Shown one piece after another: positions 45,044 to 54,309 of a DNA stretch of 64,000 nucleotides. Both the position numbers and the translations under genes were made by a program. Under the pieces are notes generated by a model. The model had not been told where the DNA came from, searched no databases, and saw only the letters and a program-made list of their open reading frames with translations. The stretch covers positions 8,067-72,066 of the forward strand of contig DASZEM010000025.1 in assembly GCA_035940855.1 (NCBI GenBank). The letters are read 5' to 3'. Within the stretch, counting starts at the first letter, position 1; each line of letters opens with the position of its first letter. Source of the stretch: Thermoanaerobaculia bacterium (GTDB taxonomy: Bacteria > Acidobacteriota > Thermoanaerobaculia > Multivoradales > UBA5704).

Positions 45044-47645
45044 CCGTTCCGGCCTGTCGCTGGAGACCCGGATCTTCCTGGTCACCTCGCTGCTGATCGC
45101 CCTGCTGGTGGGCGGAGCGGTCGCGGTCACCTCCATCCTCCTGCGGCGGATCGCCCGCGAGGCCGCGGCCGACTCGCTCAAGAGCAGCGCCTCGGTGCAG
45201 TCGACCTACGAGAAGGAGCGCTACGAGCGGCTGCAGCTGATCTCCAGAGTCTTCGTTTCCAACCCCGACCTGGTCGCCTATCTCGCCGAAGCCGCGCGGG
45301 CGCGGGACACGGCCTCGCTCCTCGACCGGCTGGCGGACGGCCAGAAGGAGCTGGGGTTCGACTTCGCCATCCTGCTCGATCCGAACGGTCGCGTCGCCGC
45401 CCGGACCGACAATCCGAATGCCGTGGGAGAGGACCTTTCGAAGCGGCCCCTGGTCGCCAAGGCCCTGACCGACTTCGAGGCCTCCGGCGTCTGGCGGGAG
45501 GGCAACCGCCTCTATCATGCGGTGGCGGTACCGGTCGCCCAGCAGTTCACCGTCCTCGGCTACCTGGTGACCGGCTTCGCCATTTCCGACGTTTCGGCCC
45601 GCGAGGCCAACCGCGTGAGCGGGGCCGACGTGGCCATCCTGGCCAACCCGGCCGAAGGCGAGCGGGAGCCAGAGATCGTGGCCACCACGCTCGGGGAGCG
45701 CATGGCCCGCAGCCTGACGGCGGCGCTCGCCTCGGGAGGGCACGGGATGGGAGAGGCCCTCCGCGCCGGCCGTGCCATGGCGCAGGCCGAGCTGGTGCTC
45801 GACGGCGAGCCCTGGCTGGCCCAGGAAGCGCCGCTGCTCGACGCCCAGGGCAAGGCCGTGGGCGCCATGGTGGCCCTGGCTTCCCTCGAGCGGGAGCTCG
45901 CCGCCTACCGGCAGATCCAGAACGTGCTCCTGGCGGCCGGTCTCGCGGCCGTGCTCCTCGCCCCGTTCCTCGCCTTCGCCTTCACGCGGCGGGCCCTGGC
46001 GCCCGTGCGCCGGCTGGTGGCCGCCGCCGAAAAGGCCCGCCAGGGGGACTACGACGAGAAGATCGACTCCGACCGCACGGACGAGGTGGGCCGGCTCGCC
46101 CACGCCTTCCACGACCTGCTGGCCGACCTGCGCGAGAAGCGGGACATGGAGGAGTACGTCAACGACCTCTCCCGCACCCTGCCCGAGCCGGCGCCCGCGC
46201 GGGGCCTCCTGGGCGAGGCGCAGAGCCGCGACGTGCTGCTCCTGGCCATCGAGCTCCGCCAGTACGCCCGCGCCGCGGGGGGCGAGCCCCGGGAGACCCT
46301 GGCGCGGCTGGCCTCCGACCTGGAGCGTGTGACTTCGGCCGTCACCCAGGGCCGCGGGCAGGTGGAGGCGGTCTCGGGCCACCGCGTGCTCGCCCGCTTC
46401 GAGGGCGACGGCCGGGGGTTCCGGGCGCTCTCGGTAGCCGCCCAGGTGCTCGGCGCCTCCGCTGAAGGAGAAGACGCCGAGGCGCCGGTCGCGGCCATGG
46501 CGGCCGGCCGGGCGGTCACGGGTCCCGTCACCTGGGGCGAGCGGGCGGAGCGGGCCCTGGTGGGCCTGCCCGTGCAGCAGCTCGAGAGCCTGCTGCGCGA
46601 GGCCACGCCGGGCGAGCTGCTGCTCTCCCGCGAGGTGCACGAGGAGCTCAAGGAGCCCTTCGAGCAGGCCGGCTACCGGCTGGCTCCGAGGCGCGGGATC
46701 ATCTCGCCCCAGCCGCTCTACGTGGTGAGCCTCGCCCTGGCCTCGCGCCTGACCGGCGAGACCGGGCTCGGCGCCGGGGCCGAGACGCTGGACGCCGCCG
46801 GCCGGGCGACCCTTTCGGGCATCTCGCCGGGCACCCTCCTGGGACAGCGGTTCGAGATCCTCTCCGTGCTGGGCGCGGGCGGCATGGGGATCGTCTACAA
46901 GGCGCGCGACCGCGAGCTCGACGATCTCGTCGCCCTGAAGATGCTCAAGCGCGACCTCTGGGGCGACCCCTCCCAGCTCGAGCGCCTGAAGAGCGAGATC
47001 AAGCTGGCGCGCAAGATCACCCATCCCAACGTGCTGCGCACGCACGACTTCGGCGAGATCGACGGCGTGCCCTACATCTCCATGGAGTACGTGCGGGGCG
47101 TCACCCTGCGCTACATGCTCGACCAGACGAGCCGGCTGCCGTATTCGGCGGGCCTGCGGCTGGCCAAGCAGCTCTGCTCGGGCCTCGGGGCCGCCCATTC
47201 CGTGGGCGTGCTCCACCGCGACATCAAGCCGGAGAACCTGATCCTGGAGCCCACGGGCAACGCCAAGCTCATGGACTTCGGCATCGCCCGCCCCATCGAC
47301 CGCATGGCCCCGGGGCAGACCCAGGCCGGCTTCATCGTGGGCACCCCGCAGTACCTGGCGCCCGAGATCCTCCAGGGCCAGGAGGCCGATCCCCGCTCGG
47401 ACCTCTACTCCTGCGGCATCGTGCTCTACGAGATCTTCACCGGCGCCTTGCCGTTCGACGGGGCGTCGGCCATGGACGTCATGGTCAAGCACCTGCGCGA
47501 GGAGCCGCCGCCGCCCGGCTCCCGCTGGCGGGAGATCCCGCCCGCGCTGGAGGCGGCCATCCTCAGGTGTCTGCGGAAGGACCCCGGCGAGCGCTACCGC
47601 TCGGTCCCGGACCTGCTCCGCGACCTCGAAGCGCTGAGCGCCTGA
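45024..47645 (+). CDS. Membrane Ser/Thr kinase: periplasmic sensor, HAMP, cyclase-like domain, kinase
   Basis: Two TMs, HAMP (DEVGRLA.AF), GAGGMGIVYKA, VALK, HRDIKPEN, DFG, GTPQYLAPE. Confidence 0.92.
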   Translation: MTATTTSRSGLSLETRIFLVTSLLIALLVGGAVAVTSILLRRIAREAAADSLKSSASVQSTYEKERYERLQLISRVFVSNPDLVAYLAEAARARDTASLLDRLADGQKELGFDFAILLDPNGRVAARTDNPNAVGEDLSKRPLVAKALTDFEASGVWREGNRLYHAVAVPVAQQFTVLGYLVTGFAISDVSAREANRVSGADVAILANPAEGEREPEIVATTLGERMARSLTAALASGGHGMGEALRAGRAMAQAELVLDGEPWLAQEAPLLDAQGKAVGAMVALASLERELAAYRQIQNVLLAAGLAAVLLAPFLAFAFTRRALAPVRRLVAAAEKARQGDYDEKIDSDRTDEVGRLAHAFHDLLADLREKRDMEEYVNDLSRTLPEPAPARGLLGEAQSRDVLLLAIELRQYARAAGGEPRETLARLASDLERVTSAVTQGRGQVEAVSGHRVLARFEGDGRGFRALSVAAQVLGASAEGEDAEAPVAAMAAGRAVTGPVTWGERAERALVGLPVQQLESLLREATPGELLLSREVHEELKEPFEQAGYRLAPRRGIISPQPLYVVSLALASRLTGETGLGAGAETLDAAGRATLSGISPGTLLGQRFEILSVLGAGGMGIVYKARDRELDDLVALKMLKRDLWGDPSQLERLKSEIKLARKITHPNVLRTHDFGEIDGVPYISMEYVRGVTLRYMLDQTSRLPYSAGLRLAKQLCSGLGAAHSVGVLHRDIKPENLILEPTGNAKLMDFGIARPIDRMAPGQTQAGFIVGTPQYLAPEILQGQEADPRSDLYSCGIVLYEIFTGALPFDGASAMDVMVKHLREEPPPPGSRWREIPPALEAAILRCLRKDPGERYRSVPDLLRDLEALSA

Positions 47646-47667
47646 CGACCTCCAGGAGACGGGAAAG

Positions 47668-48837
47668 ATGATCGCCATCGAATCCGAAGGACCGCTCCCC
47701 GGGACGCCGTTCGACTCCGACCGCCGGCTGGCCGAGTACGAGACGCTGCTCGACATCGGCGTCAAGCTCTCCGGCACCCTGGACCTCGGGACCGTGCTGG
47801 AGCTGGCGCTCGAGAACGCCGAGGAGGTCTGCCGGGCCGAGACGAGCTCCGTCTGGGAGCTCGACGAGGAGCGGCGGGAGCTCTTCTTCCGCCTGGTGCG
47901 GGGGCGGGCCGCGGGGGCCATCCGCGGCATGCGGGTGCCGATGGGGGAGGGGATCGCGGGCAGCGTGGCCCTTTCCGGAGAGGCCGAGGTGGTCAACGAC
48001 GTGGCCGCCGACCCGCGCTGGAACGGCGACGCCTCGGGCGCCTTCCAGACGCGGGCCATCCTCGCCGTGCCCCTGATCGCCCAGGGGAGCGTCATCGGCG
48101 TCGTCCAACTCCTCAATCCCGTGGACCGCGACCGTTTCACGGCGGGCGACCTCTGGCGCATGCGGCAGTTCGCCGCCATCCTCGCCCCGACGCTCCAGAA
48201 CGCCCGGCTCTACGCGGCCCAGCGCCGGCAGTTCTTCCAGATGGTGACGGCGCTCGCCGAGGCGCTCGACAAGCGCGACCCCTACACCGGCGGCCACGTG
48301 CGCCGCGTGGTCGCCTACTCGATGCTGCTCGGGGCCGAGATGGGGCTCGGGCGGGAGGACCTGCGCGACCTGTACCTCGCGGCCACCCTGCACGACATCG
48401 GCAAGATCACGACGCCGGACCGTATCCTGGGCAAGCCCTCGCCTCTCGATCGCGAAGAAGTGGAGATCATGCGGCGCCACGCGGCGGACGGCGCCTCGAT
48501 CGTCTCCCATCTGTCCAACCCCTGGGTGCTGACCGGCGTCCGCAGCCACCACGAGCGGATCGACGGCAAGGGCTATCCCGACGGCCTCAAGGACGAGCAG
48601 ATCCCGCTCGCCCCGCGCATCATCGCCGTGGCCGACACCTACGACGCCATGACGACCAGCCGTCCATACCGCGCCGGCCTGCCGCCCGAGCGGGCCGCCG
48701 AGGAGATCCTGGGCGCTTCCGGCAGCCAGTTCTGCCCGCGGGTGGTGGCGGCCTTCCGGGGGCTCTTCGAGAAGGGACGGTTCCACCTGGAAGGGGCGGA
48801 GAAGGTGCTGGAGGCGCTGTTCGAGCCGGGGGTGTAG
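47668..48837 (+). CDS. GAF + HD-GYP phosphodiesterase
   Basis: GAF (ILAVPL...IGVVQLLN), TGGHVRRV, LHDIGK, HHERIDGKGYP, AVADTYDAMT. Confidence 0.93.
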   Translation: MIAIESEGPLPGTPFDSDRRLAEYETLLDIGVKLSGTLDLGTVLELALENAEEVCRAETSSVWELDEERRELFFRLVRGRAAGAIRGMRVPMGEGIAGSVALSGEAEVVNDVAADPRWNGDASGAFQTRAILAVPLIAQGSVIGVVQLLNPVDRDRFTAGDLWRMRQFAAILAPTLQNARLYAAQRRQFFQMVTALAEALDKRDPYTGGHVRRVVAYSMLLGAEMGLGREDLRDLYLAATLHDIGKITTPDRILGKPSPLDREEVEIMRRHAADGASIVSHLSNPWVLTGVRSHHERIDGKGYPDGLKDEQIPLAPRIIAVADTYDAMTTSRPYRAGLPPERAAEEILGASGSQFCPRVVAAFRGLFEKGRFHLEGAEKVLEALFEPGV

Positions 48838-48850
48838 GCTTCTCCCCACC

Positions 48851-50467
48851 ATGCTGCGTCTGCGCTACACCGTCAACGGCGAGGAGCGCGCCGTCCCTCT
48901 GACCGGCGGCCGGACCCGGCTGGGCCGGGGAGGGGACAACGACGTCGTCCTCTCCGACGTCTCGGTCTCCCGCTACCACGCCGAGATCCTGCGCGAATCC
49001 GACGGCTGGTTCGTCCACGATCTCAAGAGCACCAATGGCGTCGAGGTCAACCGCGTGCCCGTGGAGAAGGCGCCTCTGCGGCCGGGCGACCTCCTGGGCA
49101 TCGGCGCCTTCGAGATCCACGTCGAGGCCGGGGAGAAGCCTCCCGAACGTCCGAAAAGGCCCACGTCCGTCCTGGAAGAGGCGCCCCTCGAAAGCTTCGG
49201 CAACGCCACCATCATCCGGCCGCTCTCCGAGTTCGCGGCGGCCTACGTGGCTCCCATCGCGGACGCCGTGGACGCCGGGGGCGACGAGGCGTACGTCCGC
49301 CGGATGTTCGGCTTCCTGACCCGCCTGGCGCGCATGCTCACGGTCGCCGAGTCCGTGGACGACGTGCTGGCGCGGGTGCTCGACCTGGCCTTCGAGGCCT
49401 TTCCCGTGGACCGCGGCTTCATCCTGCTCTCCGACGACTCGGAAGAGCTCGTCTGCGAGGTCGTGCGCGTCCAGGACGGGGTGCAGTTCCGTCCGTCCGG
49501 AGAAGTGCCCGTCTCCCGCACCATGCTGCGGGCGGTCATGCGCGAGCGGGTGGCGCTCATCACCTTCGACGCCCAGTCCGACCAGCGGCTCTCGGGCGGC
49601 GAGTCGATCCGCCTGCACCAGATCCGCTCCGCCATGTGCGCCCCCCTCTGGTCGGGCGACCGGATCCTGGGCGTGATCCAGGTCGATTCCCCCTTCCAGG
49701 TGGGAGCCTTCGGCGAGCGGGACCTGGACGTGCTGACGACGCTCGCCAACTACGTGGCGGTCGCGGTGGAGCGCATCCGCTACGCGAAGAAGGCCGAGCG
49801 CGAGAGGCAGGCGCGCGCGCGCCTGGAGCGCTACCACTCGCCGAGCGTCATCGAGGAGGTGCTGCGCGGGGGCGACGAGGGCATGCGGCGCCTCCAGACG
49901 GCCGAGGCCACGGTGCTCTTCGCCGACCTCGTGGGCTTCACGGCCTTCGCCGAGAACGCGCCTCCGGAGAGCGTGGCCGAGTCGATCGACGCCTTTCTGG
50001 ATCTTTCGGTCGAAGCCATCTTCCGGGCCGGCGGCACGCTCGACAAGTTCATCGGCGACTGCGTGATGGCCTTCTTCGGCGCGCCCGTGGCCCAGCCGGA
50101 CCACGCCGTGCGGGCCGTGCGCGCGGCCGTCGAGATCCAGCAGGGGCTCGCCGCCTGGAACACCCGCCGCGCGGCCGAGGGCCTGCCCGGTTTCCGGGCG
50201 CGGGTGGCTCTCAACAGCGGTCCCGTGGTGGTGGGGGACATCGGCAGCGCCCGCCGGGTGGACTACACCGTGCTGGGCAACACGGTGAACGTGGCCGCCC
50301 GCCTCGAAGCCTTCGTGGCCGAGCCGGACGACGTGGTGCTGGGGCCCACGACCCATCTCCTCCTGGACGGCGCCATCCCCACCGAGCCGCTCGGCGAGTT
50401 CCAGCTCAAGGGACTGCAGCAGAGGATCCAGGCGTACCGGGTGGCGAAGGGGCCGCCGGATAGTTAA
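48851..50467 (+). CDS. FHA-GAF-class III adenylate cyclase
   Basis: FHA (LGR, SRYHA, STNG), GAF, VLFADLVGFT, DKFIGDCVMA, DYTVLGNTVNVAARL. Confidence 0.93.
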   Translation: MLRLRYTVNGEERAVPLTGGRTRLGRGGDNDVVLSDVSVSRYHAEILRESDGWFVHDLKSTNGVEVNRVPVEKAPLRPGDLLGIGAFEIHVEAGEKPPERPKRPTSVLEEAPLESFGNATIIRPLSEFAAAYVAPIADAVDAGGDEAYVRRMFGFLTRLARMLTVAESVDDVLARVLDLAFEAFPVDRGFILLSDDSEELVCEVVRVQDGVQFRPSGEVPVSRTMLRAVMRERVALITFDAQSDQRLSGGESIRLHQIRSAMCAPLWSGDRILGVIQVDSPFQVGAFGERDLDVLTTLANYVAVAVERIRYAKKAERERQARARLERYHSPSVIEEVLRGGDEGMRRLQTAEATVLFADLVGFTAFAENAPPESVAESIDAFLDLSVEAIFRAGGTLDKFIGDCVMAFFGAPVAQPDHAVRAVRAAVEIQQGLAAWNTRRAAEGLPGFRARVALNSGPVVVGDIGSARRVDYTVLGNTVNVAARLEAFVAEPDDVVLGPTTHLLLDGAIPTEPLGEFQLKGLQQRIQAYRVAKGPPDS

Positions 50468-50561
50468 AGGCGCCCGGCCCGAGCGGGCCGGACGCCGGAA
50501 GACGGCTCGTTGAAGTTAAGGCTACAGAGCTACAGGACTACAAGTGAAGAGGAGGTAGGAT

Positions 50562-51230
50562 CTAGGATCCGCCACCACCGCCACTCCCGCTCCCGCTGTC
50601 GTTGCCACCGAAGTTGGTGTTGAAGAAGTTGTTGAACGCGTTCTGAACCTGTCCCACTCTCGACTGCTGAGTCGTACCGTCATCACTCGTGTAGAAGCTG
50701 AAGGTACGAGCCACGCTCACCGTACCCGAGCCTTGGACAGGCGAGAAGACGGTGATCGTAGCCATGGCGGTCTCCCCCGACTGAGCGTCGCCGTTGTTGG
50801 AGTTCCGCCGGAAAGCCCCGGCCTGCCGAAGGCCCTGGATGAACTCATTCACCTGCGAGGTCGAGAGCTGAACGGTGTCGACGCAGTTGCCGGTGCAGCC
50901 ACTGGTGCCGCTGCCGTTGGCATTCGACCGGTTCCAGGTCGCGAGGCCGTTGTCATAGATGACCAGAGTGCTCACCGGCGAGTCGGCGTTCAAACTGGCC
51001 CCGCCGGAGCCCGATCCACCGGACCCGTTGGCCAGGCCCCAGACGGTATAGATCAGGACAGGCACGGGATTGTTCAACCGGAAGGAAGCGCTCCCCCCAC
51101 GGCCGTTGACCGTGCCACCGCCGCTTCCACCCGTGCCACCGCCCCCGCTCTGCGCCAGGGCCAGGGTCGGGAGACAGATCAGAAGTGCCAGAACCAGAAT
51201 TCCCCACTTCATCGAACGGCTGCTTTTCAT
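50562..51230 (-). CDS. Secreted Gly/Ser/Asn-rich hypothetical protein
   Basis: AAGGAGGT RBS, signal peptide ending ALA-Q, Gly-rich termini, CTGNC pair. Confidence 0.75.
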   Translation of the reverse strand: MKSSRSMKWGILVLALLICLPTLALAQSGGGGTGGSGGGTVNGRGGSASFRLNNPVPVLIYTVWGLANGSGGSGSGGASLNADSPVSTLVIYDNGLATWNRSNANGSGTSGCTGNCVDTVQLSTSQVNEFIQGLRQAGAFRRNSNNGDAQSGETAMATITVFSPVQGSGTVSVARTFSFYTSDDGTTQQSRVGQVQNAFNNFFNTNFGGNDSGSGSGGGGGS

Positions 51231-51276
51231 TGATGTACCTCCTTGATGCTTTGAGCCGTCTGCGAGCTTTCTCTAA

Positions 51277-51292
51277 AGCAAGAACCAATCCA
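51277..51292 (-). promoter_or_regulatory. Possible sigma54 promoter
   Basis: Minus strand TGGATT-GGTTC-TTGCT: GG-N10-GC spacing, perfect -12, imperfect -24. Confidence 0.4.
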
Positions 51293-51379
51293 GTGGGATA
51301 TGTAAATGTCTAGGCAAGTCCATACCGGCCCGGAGGAACCCGGGCCGGCAGGGCTTGCGGAGCCTTCGGCGTGAAGAGG

Positions 51380-52243
51380 CTAGCGGGTGGGGATCGACAG
51401 CACCTGCCCCGGCTTCAGGCGGGTGGAGCGGATGCCGTTGTACTTCTTGATCGTGGTGACGCTGACGCCGTGGCGCTTGGCGATCTGCCAGAGGGTGTCG
51501 CCGCGCCCGACGCGGTACTTCTTGCCATGACTGGAGCTCCGGCTGGACGCCAGCGCCGTCCTGCTCTTGCTCGACCGGCTGCTCCTCGTGGCCTTGGTAG
51601 TGGCCTTGGCGACTTGGACGGGCAGCTGGTCTTCCGACCCGAGATAGCGCATGTATGGCTCGGGGAAGAGCGTCACGTGATAGTGCGGGGGATGCTGCTC
51701 GCGCGTGGCCTCCAGGACGTCCCTGCCTTCCAGGTAGAGCAGGGTCTCCTCGAGCCACTGCCGGCAGGAGGCGCGGTTGCTGCGGCGCAGGTCCGCGGCC
51801 ATGCCGGTGGGATGGACCGAGAGGTGCGAGGCGTTGGGGGGCTGGCGCGTGATCGGACGGGTGAGGCTGGTGACGATCAGGCGCTCGCCGCAGCCGCTGT
51901 GGTACTGGTCCGACAGGCGCTCGATGAACACCTTCACCTCCGGCCGCGCGTAAGGGAAGGAGACGTAGTCTTCCGCCAGCCGGTAGTCCGAGTTCCCCCG
52001 CAGGCGCACCAGGAGGCCCTTGCGGGCGAAGGAGCGCACGTCGGAAGAGGTCTTCAGGTAGGTGAAGTCGTGGCCCTGGGCCTGCTCGTTCTGGCGCAGC
52101 AGCGAATCCCGCGAGCCCATGAGGCTCTGGGCCTGGGCGAGCGGCACGGCCGCGATCCCGGCCATCCCGGCGATGGCCAGGGCAAACGCGGAGCAGGCCG
52201 CGATGTGGCGGCGAGGGCGGTTGGAAATGGCAGAGCTCTGCAT
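51380..52243 (-). CDS. DUF5715-like protein with C-terminal LysM domain
   Basis: Signal peptide, RLIVTSLTRP, SVHPTGMAADL, HYHV, LysM YRVGRGDTLWQIAKRHGVSV; start uncertain. Confidence 0.8.
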   Translation of the reverse strand: MQSSAISNRPRRHIAACSAFALAIAGMAGIAAVPLAQAQSLMGSRDSLLRQNEQAQGHDFTYLKTSSDVRSFARKGLLVRLRGNSDYRLAEDYVSFPYARPEVKVFIERLSDQYHSGCGERLIVTSLTRPITRQPPNASHLSVHPTGMAADLRRSNRASCRQWLEETLLYLEGRDVLEATREQHPPHYHVTLFPEPYMRYLGSEDQLPVQVAKATTKATRSSRSSKSRTALASSRSSSHGKKYRVGRGDTLWQIAKRHGVSVTTIKKYNGIRSTRLKPGQVLSIPTR

Positions 52244-52496
52244 GGGCGTCGTCGGGAACTCCATTCCAGTTGTTGGCCCCATGCGCCCTACGGCGCGAAA
52301 GAATGTAAGGTATACGCCATTCCGGCTCCTTGAGAGTAGCACAGAAAGACGAGATTTCAAGGGGATTTAACGGGGATTTTGGGTTCGTGCCCCGAAACCC
52401 CCCGGTGACCCTTTTACACACTCGGGGTACGTCCTGGTCATGGAACTGGAACGGCGGTCGAGGGAAGGTGAGCCTGGAGGCGGAAGTCGGCGGACG

Positions 52497-52520
52497 GAAG
52501 GGGCGGGAAACCGCCCCTTC
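52497..52520. terminator. Hairpin downstream of the S1-domain gene
   Basis: GAAGGGGCGG-GAAA-CCGCCCCTTC, perfect 10-bp stem. Confidence 0.55.
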
Positions 52521-52544
52521 TTCCTTCGGCAGGGCGAAGCTCGA

Positions 52545-54068
52545 TCAGCTCTTCTTGGCGCGCGAGAAGAAGTCGGCCATCGAGCCGAAGCCCGAGCCGG
52601 ACGAGTTGCTGCTGGCGTACTCCTCGACGTCGCCGCGGTTCCGGTCCCCCCGATCGCCGCGGTCGCGCCGGTCTCCCCGATCCCGGTCCCCGCGCTCCCC
52701 GCGGGAGTAATCCCCGCGCTCCCTGCCCCCGCCGCCGACGCCGCCGACCCGCCGCTCATCCCCCCCACCGCCGCCGCCCCGCGCCTCGCCGGCTGGAGCC
52801 ATCGAGAGGGAGATCCGGCGCCGGGTGGTGTCGACGCCGAGCACCCGCACCTGGACGTCCTGGCCCTGCTGCACCGCCTCGCGGGAATGGTTCAGGCGCC
52901 GTCCGGCTCCCATCTCGCTGATGTGGACCAGGCCTTCGAGGCCGGGCGCCAGCTCGACGAAGGCGCCGAAGGTCTCCAGGCGCATCACGCGGCCCGTCGT
53001 CTCCGTGCCCTCGGGAAAGCGATCGGCCGCGTCCCGCCAGGGGTCGCGCTCGAGCGAGCGGCGGGAGAGCGAGATCCGCTCGGGGCGCTTCTCGTCCTTG
53101 CCCTTCTCGATCTTGATGACCTGCACTTCGACCTCGTCGCCGACCTTGAAGACGTCCTGCGGGTGAGACGTGCGGCTGTGGCCGATCTCGGAGACGTGCA
53201 GCATGCCCTCGATGCCGCCGAGGTCGATGAAGGCGCCGTAGGTGGTCAGCGAGGTCACCCTGCCGGTGAGCACGGCGCCCACCTGGAGCTTCTCCCGCGT
53301 CTCGGCCGCCTTGGACTGCTGCTCCTCCTCGAGGAGCTGGCGGCGCGAGAGCACGATGTTGGGTCCGCGTCCGCCGCGGTTGCCTTCCTCCAGCCGGTTG
53401 ACCTTGAACTGGAGCTTCTGGCCCACGAACCGCTGCGGGTCTTCGACGTAGCGCAGATCGAGCTGGGAGAGCGGGCAGAAGGCCCGCATGCCGTAGAGCT
53501 GCACCTCGGCGCCGCCCTTGTTGAGGCCCGTCACGAGGCCCTCGACCGGCAGGCCGCTCTCGAAGGCCTGGCGGATCTCGGGCACCACCTCGGCCGCCCG
53601 CTTGCCCTTGCCGCCGCCGGCCTTGCGCTTGAGCAGCAGGGCCCCGGACTCGGGGTCGGTGCCGGTGACGGTGGCTTCCAGGGTGTCGCCTTCCTTGACC
53701 GTGAGGTTGCCTTCGGCGTCCTTCAGCTCGGCCGCCGCGATCCTGCCTTCAGACTTCGTTCCGAGGTCGACGAAGATCCACTCTTCGCCAATCGAGAGGA
53801 TGCTGCCGCTCACCTTCTGGCCGGCTGCCGGGTCGTTCCGCTTCGCCGGAGCCTCCTGCTCGAAATCGGCCAGGATCTGGCCGAAGTCCTCTGTCTTCTC
53901 CGCAGCGCCGGCATTCTCTGCCTGCACCGGTGCCTGCACCGGAGCGCCGGCATCTTCTGCTTGCACCGGAGAGCCGGAGTCCTCTGCCTGCGCCAGAGGG
54001 CCGGAGTTCTCTGTGTTCTCCAGAGAGCTGAAATCCTCTGTCTTCTCCTGGGTTTCCTGGTCGTTCAT
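52545..54068 (-). CDS. Ribosomal protein S1-like protein with four S1 domains
   Basis: S1 motifs FVDLGTKSEG, RAFCPLSQL, YGAFIDLGGIEGMLHVSE, FGAFVELAPGLEGLVHISE; acidic repetitive N-terminus; RGD-rich tail. Confidence 0.9.
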   Translation of the reverse strand: MNDQETQEKTEDFSSLENTENSGPLAQAEDSGSPVQAEDAGAPVQAPVQAENAGAAEKTEDFGQILADFEQEAPAKRNDPAAGQKVSGSILSIGEEWIFVDLGTKSEGRIAAAELKDAEGNLTVKEGDTLEATVTGTDPESGALLLKRKAGGGKGKRAAEVVPEIRQAFESGLPVEGLVTGLNKGGAEVQLYGMRAFCPLSQLDLRYVEDPQRFVGQKLQFKVNRLEEGNRGGRGPNIVLSRRQLLEEEQQSKAAETREKLQVGAVLTGRVTSLTTYGAFIDLGGIEGMLHVSEIGHSRTSHPQDVFKVGDEVEVQVIKIEKGKDEKRPERISLSRRSLERDPWRDAADRFPEGTETTGRVMRLETFGAFVELAPGLEGLVHISEMGAGRRLNHSREAVQQGQDVQVRVLGVDTTRRRISLSMAPAGEARGGGGGGDERRVGGVGGGGRERGDYSRGERGDRDRGDRRDRGDRGDRNRGDVEEYASSNSSGSGFGSMADFFSRAKKS

Positions 54069-54309
54069 GTCGTCTCCACTCTTCTTCTTTGGGGTTCTTG
54101 CGGCCCGGGGCGCCTCTTGGTCCTGCGGGGGAGCACCGGCTCCAGGCGGGAACGCATGAAAGTATCATGCCGAGCATCTATTCAACGGATGTGGTGCTCC
54201 TGGAATTCCATTCCGCGCCGGGGGAAGCGCGGGTGTGAGGCCCGTCCCATTTGAGGCAGAATATCAGGCACTCTGCACCGTTCCAAGACCGATGAGAAAC
54301 GGGGACCCC

